A program made the position numbers and the translations under genes. Positions 37,988 to 50,082 of a stretch of DNA of 64,000 nt are shown piece after piece. The notes under the pieces are model-generated. The model saw only the letters and a list, made by a program, of their open reading frames with translations, searched no databases and was not told where the DNA came from. The stretch spans positions 69,876,001-69,940,000 of the forward strand of contig CM059432.1 in assembly GCA_030390025.1 (NCBI GenBank), given 5' to 3'. Each line of letters begins with the position of its first letter. Position 1 is the first letter of the stretch. Origin of the DNA: Squalus acanthias. Its lineage: Eukaryota.

Positions 37988-39383
37988 TTTGTATTGTATA
38001 AAAATGTATATATTTTCAAATTGCACACCAGTGGTGCAGAGCTTCCCTTCTCCCCAATGGGAGTGCATGTCAGGAAATCACACTCACACTCAGCCCATGA
38101 TTATCTGTAAGGCTCAAGCCTTTCAGGAATTCCCCCCTGTACTAGTGAGCCTGCTTGGGGGTAGGACAGAAATCACTGCTGCAGACCTCAGGACAAATTA
38201 AATTATAAAAAATAATAGGGCCAGGGGAATCAGTGACACTCCTGTGGGAAGGATTTCACGTATGATAGCAAGACTGTATGCCAGGAACACACTCCATTCC
38301 TAGCAGCCAGCATTGCTATGGGGCAAAAGATGGAGAATACATTGAATGGCATATTGCTATCATTTGCACTTCATTTCAATTCACCTGAATATATTTGGGT
38401 GTACACATTCAATATTCAATGTCACCTTGAGCAGAAAGTCCTGGAAGTGGCAGCGGGGAACTGAAAAATGTGCTTCCTGGAGGAATTTTTGCCCCTGCCC
38501 ACTGAAATGAGTCTGGGGTGCTGGTGTAAGTCTATGGGGGAATCTGCCCCTTTATTTATTGTGACTGGATTTAAAGGGAAAGCCACCAAGTCAAAACTAT
38601 ACAAAAATATTTCACTAGAGGAAAGAAGTGACAAAAGTGGAGTGAAAAGAGAAAAGATCAAAAGAGAAAAGCTGCAACAAGCATTATAATATCATGTTTA
38701 TACTATACTATTGGCTCCATGCTGTAATGTCTCTATTTTTAACAGCAATGCAAGCAGCTGCCATATTTTCACTGCCTGCTCACATTGTTGCACTATTGGA
38801 AAAGCAGGCTGCACCATATATCCAAACAAGATAGTTATTTTCAATCATTGAAATATAAATCGTGATACAACTGGGTAGCAGGATTTGTTTTAGCAGAAAG
38901 AAAACTTTTGAACCAGTTGCTTTTATGCTACAGCCAAAGCCATCCTTCCTGAATAAAGTGCCTGTCCATCTTATTTTTTTAAGACTTTATTTTTGTATTG
39001 CATCTCTACCTTTTTTATTTCTCCCTTTAAAAGCACCTTTCCTTTTAAAGATTAATCCTCTTTTATCTTTTTCATTCCTCCGTTAAACTTTGTCCCTTGA
39101 TTCTTATTTGTATTTCCTTTTGTTTTAGCTTCTGTTCATCAATTGTGTTTTTGAAATTTAATTTATTGTTCTTTTATGATTAGCAGAATGAATTTCCCAT
39201 GGCCATGGGTGGATGGGATTTCCGCTCCACCGGAATTCCACCGGCAGAGTGAAACTCCCAGAATGTTGGGTGGGTCCAGAGACTATTTTGTACAAGACAT
39301 AAAAATCAGAGGAATGGATGAGCAACAGAGGGATCTACACCTATTTATTTATTTATTTGAAAGCAGTACTTGTGTTTGATTTG

Positions 39384-39780
39384 TATCAGCCGTGGCTCAG
39401 TGGCCTCTGAGTCAGAAGGTTGTGGGTTCAAGTCTTACTCCAGATACTTGAGCACAAATTCTAGGCTGACACTCCAGTGCTGTGCTGAGGAAATACTGCG
39501 CTGTCGGAGGTGCTGTCTTTTGGATTGAACGTTAAATCGAGGCCCTGTCTGCTCTCTCAGGTGGACGTAAAATACCCCATGGCACTAATTCGAAGAAGAG
39601 CAGGGGAGTTATCCCTGGTGTCTGGTCAATAATTATCTCTCAACCAACATCACTTAAAAAGATTATCTGGTCATCATCACATTGCTGTTTGTGGGAGCTT
39701 GCTGTGCGCAATTGGCTGCCGTGTTTCCTACATTATAACAGTAACTACACTTCAAAAAGTACTTCATTGGCTGTAAATGC
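39384..39780 (+). mobile_element. tRNA-headed Deu-domain SINE (SacSINE1-like)
   Basis: A box TGGCTCAGTGG, B box GGTTCAAGTC, and Deu-like core CCCATGGCACT..TCGAAGAAGAGCAGGGGAGTT. Confidence 0.8.
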
Positions 39781-40399
39781 ACGTCTTTTTTTTCCTTTTG
39801 GCTGATTATGCTGACTGTACAGTTTTGAATGGATTGTATAACTGAGAGGCAATTGAGTTCAAAAAGGTAGGAAATGCTGCCTCTCAGTTTAATTGGGACA
39901 GGATGAAGAAGCACACAGTCCCTGGACTGCAGTTTGTGGAACAAAGGCACAAACCCAGCAAATCCAGGTGCCAACTCAAATTGTGCCTCTTCCCCCCCCC
40001 CCACCCCTGCCCTCCCCGCCCCGACTGGGAAAATACCAGTTCCATCCTCCCCAAGTTTTATAAAAGTTTCTTTATTTTTTTATAACATTTCTTTTAAGTA
40101 TTTTTCAAGTTTTTTAAGTATATTTTTACAGCTGGGGTCATGACCTGCAAGACTCTAAAGATGGAGGAATGTCAAGTTTTGATTGACCCTCCTGTAAAGG
40201 GGGCCAGTCAGTGGAGAAGTCTAAATTGTTCTTGCAGTCCTCAGAGTTTTGCACATCATACAATATTAGTGAAGAATCTATGAGCTGAACTTCCTCGACA
40301 ATTCTGCCAGACTTCCACCATAACTCCAGTGGGAGTCCAATCTAAAGGCCAGGACCCAGATATGCCAGGTCCCAATCTAAACTGGAATTTCCTGATCAG

Positions 40400-42550
40400 C
40401 CTTGTAAGTGGCAGAATCTACCGGCAAATCGAGTTAATGGCCACTGAAAATGGCCACAGCGCTACCGGGCAAAAATTTGCACTGGGGGTTGGCGATGTGT
40501 AGTGCACAGCGCTAGCTTACCGTGCAATGCCCTCCTGGTGGCGTTAATGGAGGCCTCCGACCCAAAGTTCCCATCCACAGTCGGCTTTGCAGCTTCTTAC
40601 GGCCTATGGGAGCGAGGCTGTGGAGTTCGCAAGGCATTGTGGGCAATTAAAGGGGCTATGAATTAAACGGCAATGCATTCAGAACTAATAAAAATTACAA
40701 TGCAGTGAAAAAATGCAGCTTTCAGCCCTTACTGCCTTTCAATAAAAAATTTACCATTAAAAATAATTCCCAAATGGGAGTCTTCAGCCCTTAAAGCTGA
40801 ATTCCCTTCCGAACTTCAGAAAATGGGAAAAGTGCTTCAGCACTAACAGAAATAGCTCAGCAAGCAAAGGAAGGGGCACCCAGGGTTTCACACGCAGCCC
40901 TCCAGCTTTGTGCAAGGGGTCAACACTGTAAGAGAGGTAATCTACCCACAGGGGCCAGGAGGTCAGAAAGAACGATGTGGGCCCACATCACCGAGGCCGT
41001 CACTACCACCAGTGTCACCCCCAACACCTGGTTCCAGTGCCCAAAGAAGCTTCATGACCTCAGACCAGTGGTCAAGGTCAGTGAATGCATCTTCAAAAGC
41101 CGTCTCCTACCAACTGCATCACCAGCCTCACACACTGCTCAATGCACGACTCCCCCACCAATCACTCACCTTCCAACAATCTGTACCAATCTCGAGGCAC
41201 ATCTCCCATTCCTAGCCTCACCTCACCCCCTTGGAGGAGACTGGTGCAGGCCATTCTTGGCAGGGGCATGGCTGAGCCCTTGGCCAACGGCGGGCCTGAA
41301 AGGATACAAGACGATGGTATCCTCATATGTTATCCTTCTTCTCACATGCACCTCTTGCTTTCCCACCCTCCCCTCACCACAATTCCACCCTTGTGCCTTC
41401 CTTATTTAACACACCCAAGAAATGCAGCCTGCCCAGCCAGTGGGTGACCAAGAAGAGGGAGAGGAGAGTGAAGAAGAAGAAGATTAATTTGATACTCCCA
41501 GCCACCAGCTCCTCATGGTCGACCAGCAAGGCCATTTGCAGTGTCCCCCATTGAAAGTCAGCAGCCTTCCACCAGCCACTCTGCAACCACTGGGGTAGCA
41601 CCATGTGACATCAGTAGGATAGGCAAAGGCACACACAAGGCAGTCACTAAGGGAATGCACAAGGGTGTTGAGTTGATTTCTTGATGTCATATTGGATGGA
41701 TAGATGTATAAAATTGGATTGGAAAGTTTGCTTTGTGGTGGCTTTTATTTCAGCATCGTGGCCAAGAGGATGTTGTGATGGTCAGTAACAGAGGGAAGAT
41801 AAGGTGTGGGACTAATGTTGAAAGGGGAATTGGGCTTGCAGGCGGACGATTCGATCCCAGATATCCCGGCCACAAAGTGGCTGTCTGGGATGCATCCTTC
41901 CTTCTGATTCTTCCTGTTCGGCTTCCTCCTCTTCGGCTTCCACCTCCTCTGCTTCTTCCTCTTCTGTGTCTTCCTCTTCCCTCTGTGACCGACTGCTGTA
42001 AATTTGAAATGACAGCATAAAATGCTGGAATAACTCAGAAGTCAGGCAGCATCTTGACCTTAGATGTGAACTCTGCTTCTCTCTCCACAAAATTTGCCTG
42101 ACCTGTTGAGTATTTTCAGCAATTTCTGTCTTCTCAGAGGTCTTTCTTTACCATCCGAGGCCTTAAAAGTTTCCAGTAGCACTCCCTACACACTTAAATC
42201 ACTGTTAACATCTATTGCAGCAAGCCACTATTTCAATAAAATCAAAAAAAAACAGTCCAGAAGGTTAAATGCAAACTTACCTGAATGATGTGTGTGTCCC
42301 TTTAAGAGGTGCTTACCTCTGTCAGTCTGTTTCCACGCTGGGTTTCCCTGACGTGTTTATGACCCAGCGCTGAACTCAGCACTAGGGTCAAAGTTGGCCA
42401 TGGTGACGTTAAGTCGGTGTGTGCATCACCACTCCGCCTTTTTTTTTGCAGGGCGCTAATAATTACCAGCAGCGCTACAGGGACGTCGAAAATGGAGGAC
42501 GCTGTGCGACCCGCCACCAGCTGGTGAAAGAGCGGCGGCAGCTGCTGTTT
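40400..42550. mobile_element. Deleted Harbinger derivative: Myb/SANT remnant on +, acidic transposase tail on -, and a decayed Penelope palindrome near 42015-42130
   Basis: WAHITEAV..TWFQCPKKLHDLRPVVK followed by GTCAGT; similar to 27806-31820. Ends are approximate. Confidence 0.7.
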
Positions 42551-43096
42551 CATAAAATAATAGAATCATAGAATGGTTACAGCACGGAAGAAGGCCATTC
42601 GGCCTGTCGAGCCCGTGCCGGCTCTCTGCAAGAGCACCTCGGCTAGTCCCACTTCCCCGCCCTTTCCCCGTAGCCCTGCAAATGTTTTTCTTTCAGGTAC
42701 TTATCCAACTCTTTTTTGAAAGCCGTGATTGAATCTGACTCCACCACCCTTTCAGGCAGTGCATTCCAGATCCTAACCACTCGCTGTGTAAAAAAGTTTT
42801 TTCTTATGCCGCCTTTGTTTCTTTTGCCTTCAATCTGTGTCCTCTGGTTCTCGACCCTTCTGCCAATGGGAACAGTTTCTCTCTATCTACTCTGTCCAGA
42901 CCCCTCATGATTTTGAACATCTCTATCAAATCTCCTCTCAATCTTCTCTGGTCTAAGGAGAACAACCCCAGCTTCTCCAGTCTATCCATGTAACTGAAGT
43001 CCCTCATCACTGGAATCATTCTCGTAAATCTTTTCTGCACCCTCTCTAAGGCCTTCACATCCTTCCTAAAGTGTGGTGCCCAGAATTGGACACAAT

Positions 43097-43800
43097 GGGC
43101 TGGATTTTCATAGGGCCGTGGAGGCGGGTTTGGAGGCGTGTGGGGGGTTAAAATTGCGAAAAGTGGCGGGCGGACATGATCCCACCTCCATTCCGCCTCC
43201 ACGCAATTTTGATAAAATCGTGTGCGGTGTTCCCAACTCCGTCCCGCCTCCAAGAGGCGGCAGAGGCCATTAAAGCCCTTAACAAGCCCTAAATTGGCTC
43301 TGTAATGCCATTTTGAAACTTTTTAGCTAGTTTAACCCTTTTTCGACGTGAAGCACACCTGATGTGAAACACTCCAGTGAAACCTGGCGGGAGCACAAGT
43401 GGATAGTTGACTATCAGCTGCAGGTCCACTATTACAACGGAGATGTGATGAAGGTAGTAGTAGTATTAGGTCTGAAAGTCACCTCTGATGCTGCTGCATT
43501 GAATGTCTTCAGAGACTGCCTGGCCGCAAAAAAAAATTCTCTCTCTCTCTCTCAGGTCCTCTCACAGCAAAGGCCAGGCAGTCTCTGAGACCAGGCAGTC
43601 TCTGACCTGCAATGATGACATCATGAGAGGCGACTTTCAGACTGAAACCACTAATTGGTTCATGGGTTCCCACATGCTGGAACTCAATTGCCCAATTAGG
43701 TGAAAATTGCATCAATCTCCCACATCCAATTGCAGTCGGGTGGATAACACAAAATGCGGATGACATGACCCCAACCCGCCCCAGTATCAAAATCCAGCCC
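43097..43800. mobile_element. MITE/deletion derivative of the 46074-50361 Harbinger family
   Basis: Both ends nearly identical to those of 46074-50361 (GGGCTGGATTTT); flanks AAT / AAA. Confidence 0.9.
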
Positions 43801-44602
43801 AAAACTCCAGTTGAGGCCGAATCAGTGTTTTTTAAAGGTTCATCATAATTTCCACACTTTTGTACTCTATACCTCTATTCATGAAGCCCAGGATCCCATA
43901 AGTTTTTTTAATTGCTTTCTCAACCTGCCCTGCCACCTTCAACGATTTGTGCACCTATACCCCTCGGTCTCTCTGTTCATGCACTCCCTTTATGATTGTA
44001 CCCTTTAGTTTATATTTCCTCTCCTCATTCTACCAAAATGTATCACTTCACACTTTTCTGCATTAAAATTCATCTGTCACGTGTTCGCCCATTCCACCAG
44101 CCTGTCTATGTCCTCTTGAAGTCTATCACTAACCTCCTCACTGTTCACTATACTTCCAAGTTTTGTGTCATCTGCAAATTTTGAAATTGTGTCCTGTACA
44201 CCCACATCCAAGTCATTAATATATATCAAGAAAAGCAGTGGTCCTAGAACCGACCCCTGGGGACCCCACTGTCTACCTTCCTCCAGTCCGATAAACAACC
44301 GTTCACCACTACTCTCTGTTTCCTGTCACTTAGCCAATTTCGTATCCATGCTGCCACTGTACCTTTTATTCCATGGACTTCAACTTTGCTGGCAAGCCTA
44401 TTATGTGGCACTTTATTGAACACCTTTTGGAAATCCATGTACACGACATCAACCGCATTGCCGTCATCAACCCTCTCTGTTACCTCATCAAAAAACTCGA
44501 TCAAGTTGGTTAAACACGATTTGTCTTTAACAAATCCGTGCTGGCTTTCCTTAATTAATCCTACACTTGTCCAAGTGACTGTTAATTTTGTCCCTGATTA
44601 TT

Positions 44603-45424
44603 GGGCTGGATTTTATCAATGGGGACGCATTGGGGGCGGGCCTGCTGGTTGTCGGGTTTCAGTCCCGCTCCCAACGACGTCCGGCCAACCCACGCTATTT
44701 TCCCTTGATTGACCTTGTTAAGCCCACCCTGCGGACTTAGCAGGCCAATTAAGGGCAAGCCGATGACAGAGTACATCAGCGTATGACGTTTCATCTGTCA
44801 AAAATTTTTGACAGATGAATTGTCAGCGTTTGACAGCTTTGAGAAGCTGTCAAACACTGACAATCTCTGTTCTATGGTGAGTCCTTGTACTGAAGACTCA
44901 CCAAACCTCTTTCTTTAGCAGAAATCAGATGGCTGCTGCATCGGAGAATGCAGCAGCCATTCTGTCATCTCTGCCGTTGAGATGAGGAGCCTCTGGATCC
45001 TCAAGGGTTGAAGCCTGCAGGAAGAAACAAAGGTAAGTAAACTTTTTCTAACACTTTACACTCACCTCCCATACTTACCTCTCCACACTTGCACCCATCA
45101 CTCACCTCCACAGCGGACTTCTCGACCCCTCTCACCCCCGCAGATCCACTGCTCGCCTCGCTGACCCTGGCGAGGTTCGCAGCCGTCGGGAAGCCCGCAC
45201 TTGTGTGGGTAAAATGGGATAAGCCTCTTAACAGGCAGTTCATTGGCTGTCATCCCCTTCCCGCCTCGAAGAGACGGGTCCCTGCGCGAGTCGGGGACCC
45301 GCCTCCCGGGAAGATGGCACGGAGGCGGGTTGGGAGCGGGGTCGGTACCCGCTCCCAGTTTCTGCAATTTTCCCAGCAGTCCCGCCTCCGTACCCGCCTT
45401 CCCAGGGCTGGCAAAATTCCCCCC
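44603..45424. mobile_element. Harbinger-type MITE with an ATT TSD and an internal hairpin array
   Basis: TIRs GGGCTGGATTTT / AAAATTCCCCCC. ATT at 44600-44602 and 45425-45427. Confidence 0.85.
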
Positions 45425-46603
45425 ATTGTTTCTAAATGCTTCCCCACTACCGAGGTTAAACTGATTGGTCTATAGTTGCTGGGTTTATCTTTAGACCCTT
45501 TTTTGAACAAGGGTGTAACATTTGCAATTCTGCAGTCCTCTAGCACCACCCCTATTTCTAAGGAGGATTGGAAGATTATGGCCAGTACCTCCTTCTTCCT
45601 TCACTTCTGTCAGCATCCTAGGATGCATCCCATCCGGTCCTAGTGACTTATCTACTTTAAGTACAGCCAGCCTTTCTAGTACCTCCTCTTTATCAATTCT
45701 TATCCCATCCAGTATCTCCTCTACCTCCTCCTTTACTATGTCTATGGCAGCATCCTCTTTCTTGGTGAAGACAGATGCAAAGTACTCATTTAGTACCTCA
45801 GCCATGCCCTCTGCCTCCATGCGTAGGTCTCCTTTTTAGCCCCTAATCAGCACCACCCCTCCTCTTACTACCCGTTTACTATTTATATGCCTATAGAAGA
45901 CTTTTGGATTACCTTTTATGTTAGCTGCCATTCTATTCTCATGCCCTCTCTTTGTCCCTCTTATTTTCTTTTTCACTTCTCCTCTGAACTTTCTATATTT
46001 AGCCTGATTCTCAGATGTATTCTCGACCTGACATCTGTCATATGCACTATTTTTCTGCTTCATCTTGCTCTCTGGGCTGGATTTTCATAGGGCCGTTGAG
46101 GCGGGATTGGAGGCGTGTGGGGGGTTAAAATTGCAGAAACTGGCGGGCGGGCCCAAACCCACCTCCATCCCGCCTCCACGCAATTTTGATGAAATCGTGT
46201 CTACTGGTCCCGTCTCCGTCCCACCTCCAAGAGGCGGGAGAGGCCGTTAATGCCCTTAACAAGCCCTAAATTGGCTCTGTAATGCCATTTTGATAGTTAT
46301 TTGCTAGTTTAACCCTTTTCCCACGTGAAGCACGCCTGATCTGAAACACGCTGGTGAAACCTGGCGGGAGCACAAGTGGATTGCTGACTATCAGCTGCAG
46401 CTCAACCATTAAATAGGAGATTTGATCAGCCATCATTTGCAGGTGGCAGAACTTTGTTGTCACAGGTCTGGGGGAACTTTTAGAAGGCATAACCACAGCT
46501 CTGGAAGTTTTGAGCCTGACACGCATCTCCAGTGTGACCTCCTGGGAAACCCCTCTCGCCACCTTCATTGAGCGCTTCCTCAACTGAGGCATATACCAGA
46601 AGC

Positions 46604-47860
46604 ATGGGAGCCATTTATTTCCTTCCCTTCTGGGCATCAGATGAGGACGAACACCAGCCGCGGCACCAGCAGAACCATGAACAACAGCAGCACCAACAGC
46701 AGCAGCAACAACAGGAGTGCCAAGCTGCTGCTCACCCGCCTCAAGCTGTACAGGCCAGAAGGGGCCAGCGCATGGAAGGCTGTCAGCGCAGGAGATACCC
46801 CCCAAACAGGGTCTACAGACACAGGGTCAGCTACCTCAACATGTCTGAGCAGCAGTGCCAAAGGTGGCTCCGACTTTCGCGAGAGGTAGTGGGTGAAATC
46901 TGCGCAATGCTGCAACAAGACCTGGAGCCCAGAGGACCAGGTGGACACCCCTTACCAGTGGCCGTCAAAGTCACCACCGCACTCAACTTTTTTGCCTCAG
47001 GCTCATTCCAGGGATCAGCAGCAGACATCAGCGGCATCTCCCAGGCGGCTGCACACACCTGCATCACGCAGGTAACCGATGCCCTCTTTGCCATTGCTCA
47101 CAATCACATCCATTTCACCAAGGATCAAGCAAGTGTCACGGCGCGTGCGGTTGGATTAGCTAATCTGGCAGGCTTTCCAAGGGTGCAGGGCATCGTTGAC
47201 TGCGCACATGTGGCCCTTAAGGCACCCCATCGCAATCCAGGTATTTTTGTCAACCCAAAGGGCTTCCACTCCCTCAACGTTCAGCTGGTGTGTGACCACA
47301 AGAAGGAAGCTTTGCATGTTTGTGCCAAGTACCCTGGCAGTTGCCATGACTCCTTCATACTGAGCCAGTCTAGTGTGCCTTCGCTATTCAGTCCGCCAGA
47401 CCAACTTAACGGATGGCTACTTGGAGACAAGGGCTATCCCCTGAAGACGTGGCTAATGACGCCGTTGAGGAGCCCATCCAACGCAGCAGAGGAGAGCTAC
47501 AACTCCAGCCACATTTCCACCAGAGCCATAATCGAGCAAACCATCGGTATGCTGAAGATGCACTTCAGATGCCTGGATAGATCAGGTGGAGCACTGCAAT
47601 ACTCAGCAGCCAGGGTCTCCAGAATCGTCGTGGTTTGCTGTGGACTTCACAACAAGGCACAGCGTCGTGGCTTGCAGATGCCGGAGGACCAAGTGGCTCC
47701 TCACATAGCCTCCTCAGATGAGGAGGAGGAGGAGGTGGAGGAGGAGGAGGAGAGAGAGAACAAACATCTTGCAGAGGCCCATCAACCAGCGGCAGCATTA
47801 CGCGAGACCATAGCTGCCCGGAATGCAAGGAATGCACTCATCTTGGCCAGATTTGCTTAG
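46604..47860 (+). CDS. Intact Harbinger (HARBI1-like) DDE transposase, 418 aa
   Basis: ATG at 46604 and an uninterrupted frame; [22 protein letters not shown] and IIEQTIG motifs; poly-Q N-terminus and poly-E C-terminus. Confidence 0.93.
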   Translation: MGAIYFLPFWASDEDEHQPRHQQNHEQQQHQQQQQQQECQAAAHPPQAVQARRGQRMEGCQRRRYPPNRVYRHRVSYLNMSEQQCQRWLRLSREVVGEICAMLQQDLEPRGPGGHPLPVAVKVTTALNFFASGSFQGSAADISGISQAAAHTCITQVTDALFAIAHNHIHFTKDQASVTARAVGLANLAGFPRVQGIVDCAHVALKAPHRNPGIFVNPKGFHSLNVQLVCDHKKEALHVCAKYPGSCHDSFILSQSSVPSLFSPPDQLNGWLLGDKGYPLKTWLMTPLRSPSNAAEESYNSSHISTRAIIEQTIGMLKMHFRCLDRSGGALQYSAARVSRIVVVCCGLHNKAQRRGLQMPEDQVAPHIASSDEEEEEVEEEEERENKHLAEAHQPAAALRETIAARNARNALILARFA

Positions 47861-48117
47861 CCTAGACAATCAAGCACTTTTGCCTCACAGCTTCTTACCA
47901 GAGCTTCGACAATGGCCAAGAACCCGCGGATCCCTAACAATTTGACCACCATACTGACAATTGCAAGTTATCCTAAGGCCTCATTGTGGAAGTCCCATTA
48001 GCGAAATGACAGACGCCACAACTGCAGCAGTAGCCATCAGAGTTTTTATTTACACTTAACATCTGATGGCTTTTTTACATTAAACATCAAATTTCACCCA
48101 AGTGACTACCCTTGTGA

Positions 48118-50082
48118 CTATTTGTGCAGTATCTTTCTCTTACGCGTGCTCCTACGTGGTGCTTCCCCTGTGGCTTCAGCAGAGGTGGAGGCCCCCTGCT
48201 CAGTTTGTTGCTGCTCCTGTCTCGACACCTTTGGCGGGCGTCCTCTGGGGTTGCGAACCTGTGAGGGCTCGCCAACAGTCTGCTGCTCCTGCGGCTGTGC
48301 AGGGGTTGAGACGCCGATCTCAGTTGGGAGCGAACTCTGGTGGGGCTCTGACCAAGGACTTGTCAGTGGCATGGAAGTGTGAGCGCTTGGAGAGGAGCCC
48401 CCACCTCCTTGTTCTCTGCCACCATCATCCCTCTCATGGGTCAGGTCCACCTCAACGCTTGCAAGTGGATTGAGAGCACCTTGCTGCACATCAGGGGGGC
48501 CATGGGGACCCGTATCTGCACTGGAAGTCCTACTCAGAAGGACTTCCATGAAGGTCTGGTTTCTGTGTTCAATAGATGACCATCGCTCCTCAAGAGATGC
48601 CAGTCTATTCTGAACAATGACCATGTTTTCTACACACTGGCGACTTATCTCCTCCATAGCCATAGCCATCCTCTCCTCTACTGTAGCCACCTTTCCACGG
48701 AGGTTGCCATCCTTTCCATGGTGATGCGTTCATGCGCCAATGACGCCACAAAGGCTCTGCTCATGTTCGCTATGGACTCCTCCATTCACTCCACACTCGC
48801 AGCGACCCTGGAGACAAAACCTACCAGAGACTCCTGCATCTGTTCCTGGAGTTCCAGCACCGCTGATCTTGTGGATGGACCCAGAGGCAGAGGGTCGACA
48901 TGCAGCTGAGCCGAGCTGGCAGAGTCCTGCACCCTCCGACTAGGACTCTCCACTGCTGTCCCTGTCTCCACCATCTGCTGATGCTCACTTGTGAGCTGTG
49001 ATACACCAGGTGACAACACTATTCTATGTCCCGAGGGTCCCACCGAGGTGTGAGTCTCTGCGCTGGTGCTGGGTGCGCTAAATTCTGCTGACGCTGCGCC
49101 CTCAGAGGTTGCAGCTTCCTCTGAGGAGTCTGGATGCTCAGGCTCTTCCTCCTGGCTAGTGGGGACGGGTGCTTGCGATGGTCCTGTGGGGGAGTAAAGG
49201 AAAGAGTCAGAGATGTGATGCCAAGGTTACATGCACATTGCATATTGCAGATGATCATAAATCTATCTGTTGGAGCTTCAGATTCATTATCAGCGACTCA
49301 TGCAATGTCAATGAGAGAGATGGAACACTATTCTGTCACCAGCTTGCTGTGATGCACCCGTCTGTCCGTCCCCCACTTGCGTATCGTCCTCCACTCCCAT
49401 GATCTCCAGGACCGCATCCTCCCAAGGGGTGAGCTGGGCTAATGAAGGTGGCCCTCCTCCTGTCCTGGCTCTTTCCCTTTTATTGTGAGCTCTCTTTTCC
49501 TGCAATGAGGGAGACAAGTGGAGTTTGAGTGAGAGTGAAGGAGTGAGTGTAGAGAATCCATAGCATAGATGCTTAGAAGGAGACAAAGATGGAGTGAGGT
49601 GGCAAGACCAAGGGCCCTCCCTGTGTGTTGTAAGTTGTTTTCATAGCATGACAGTGATAGGGAGTGTGAGGGCTGCATAGTCGAATAGTAAGGTGAATGT
49701 GACCATAGAGGGAGAGGGAATGGGTAAGGGTGCATGGATGTCAGTGTCAAGTGGGATATGGAGGAAGAGGTTGCTAAAGCTGAGTGCTGGTGAGGAGAGG
49801 CAATGGGGATCAGATTGAGGGTGAAGGGAAAGTCATACTCACTTTTGCAGTGCGTAGAAGGTCATGAAACCTCTTCCTGCACTGAAACCAGGTTCTGCGG
49901 GTTATGGACAAAGAGTTGACCTCCTGGGCGACCTGGACCCACACAGCCTTGGTCTGCTGGGGAGGCTTCTTCCTCCCTGAGGAAGGGAAGAGCACCTCTT
50001 TGTTGGCTCTTGCTCCCTCCACTAAAGCTTGCAGGGCAACGTCATCGAACCTGGGAGCAGACCTGGGTCTTTGGCTGGCCAT
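48118..50082 (-). pseudogene. Harbinger Myb/SANT-like gene, exons 50082-49843, 49499-49340 and 49183-48118; stop at 48786-48788 and frameshift near 48690
   Basis: PRFDDVALQALVE..VWVQVAQEVN..RTWFQCRKRFHDL; GT-AG introns in phases 0 and 1; C-terminal RRSTRKRK; AATAAA on - near 48045-48050. Confidence 0.85.

Noticed and set aside
39384..39460. tRNA gene
   Set aside because: The A/B boxes belong to a SINE head with an internal deletion; no full cloverleaf.
46604..47860. Domesticated host HARBI1 gene
   Set aside because: Flanked by TIRs and a TSD, nested in a CR1, and accompanied by several decayed relatives.
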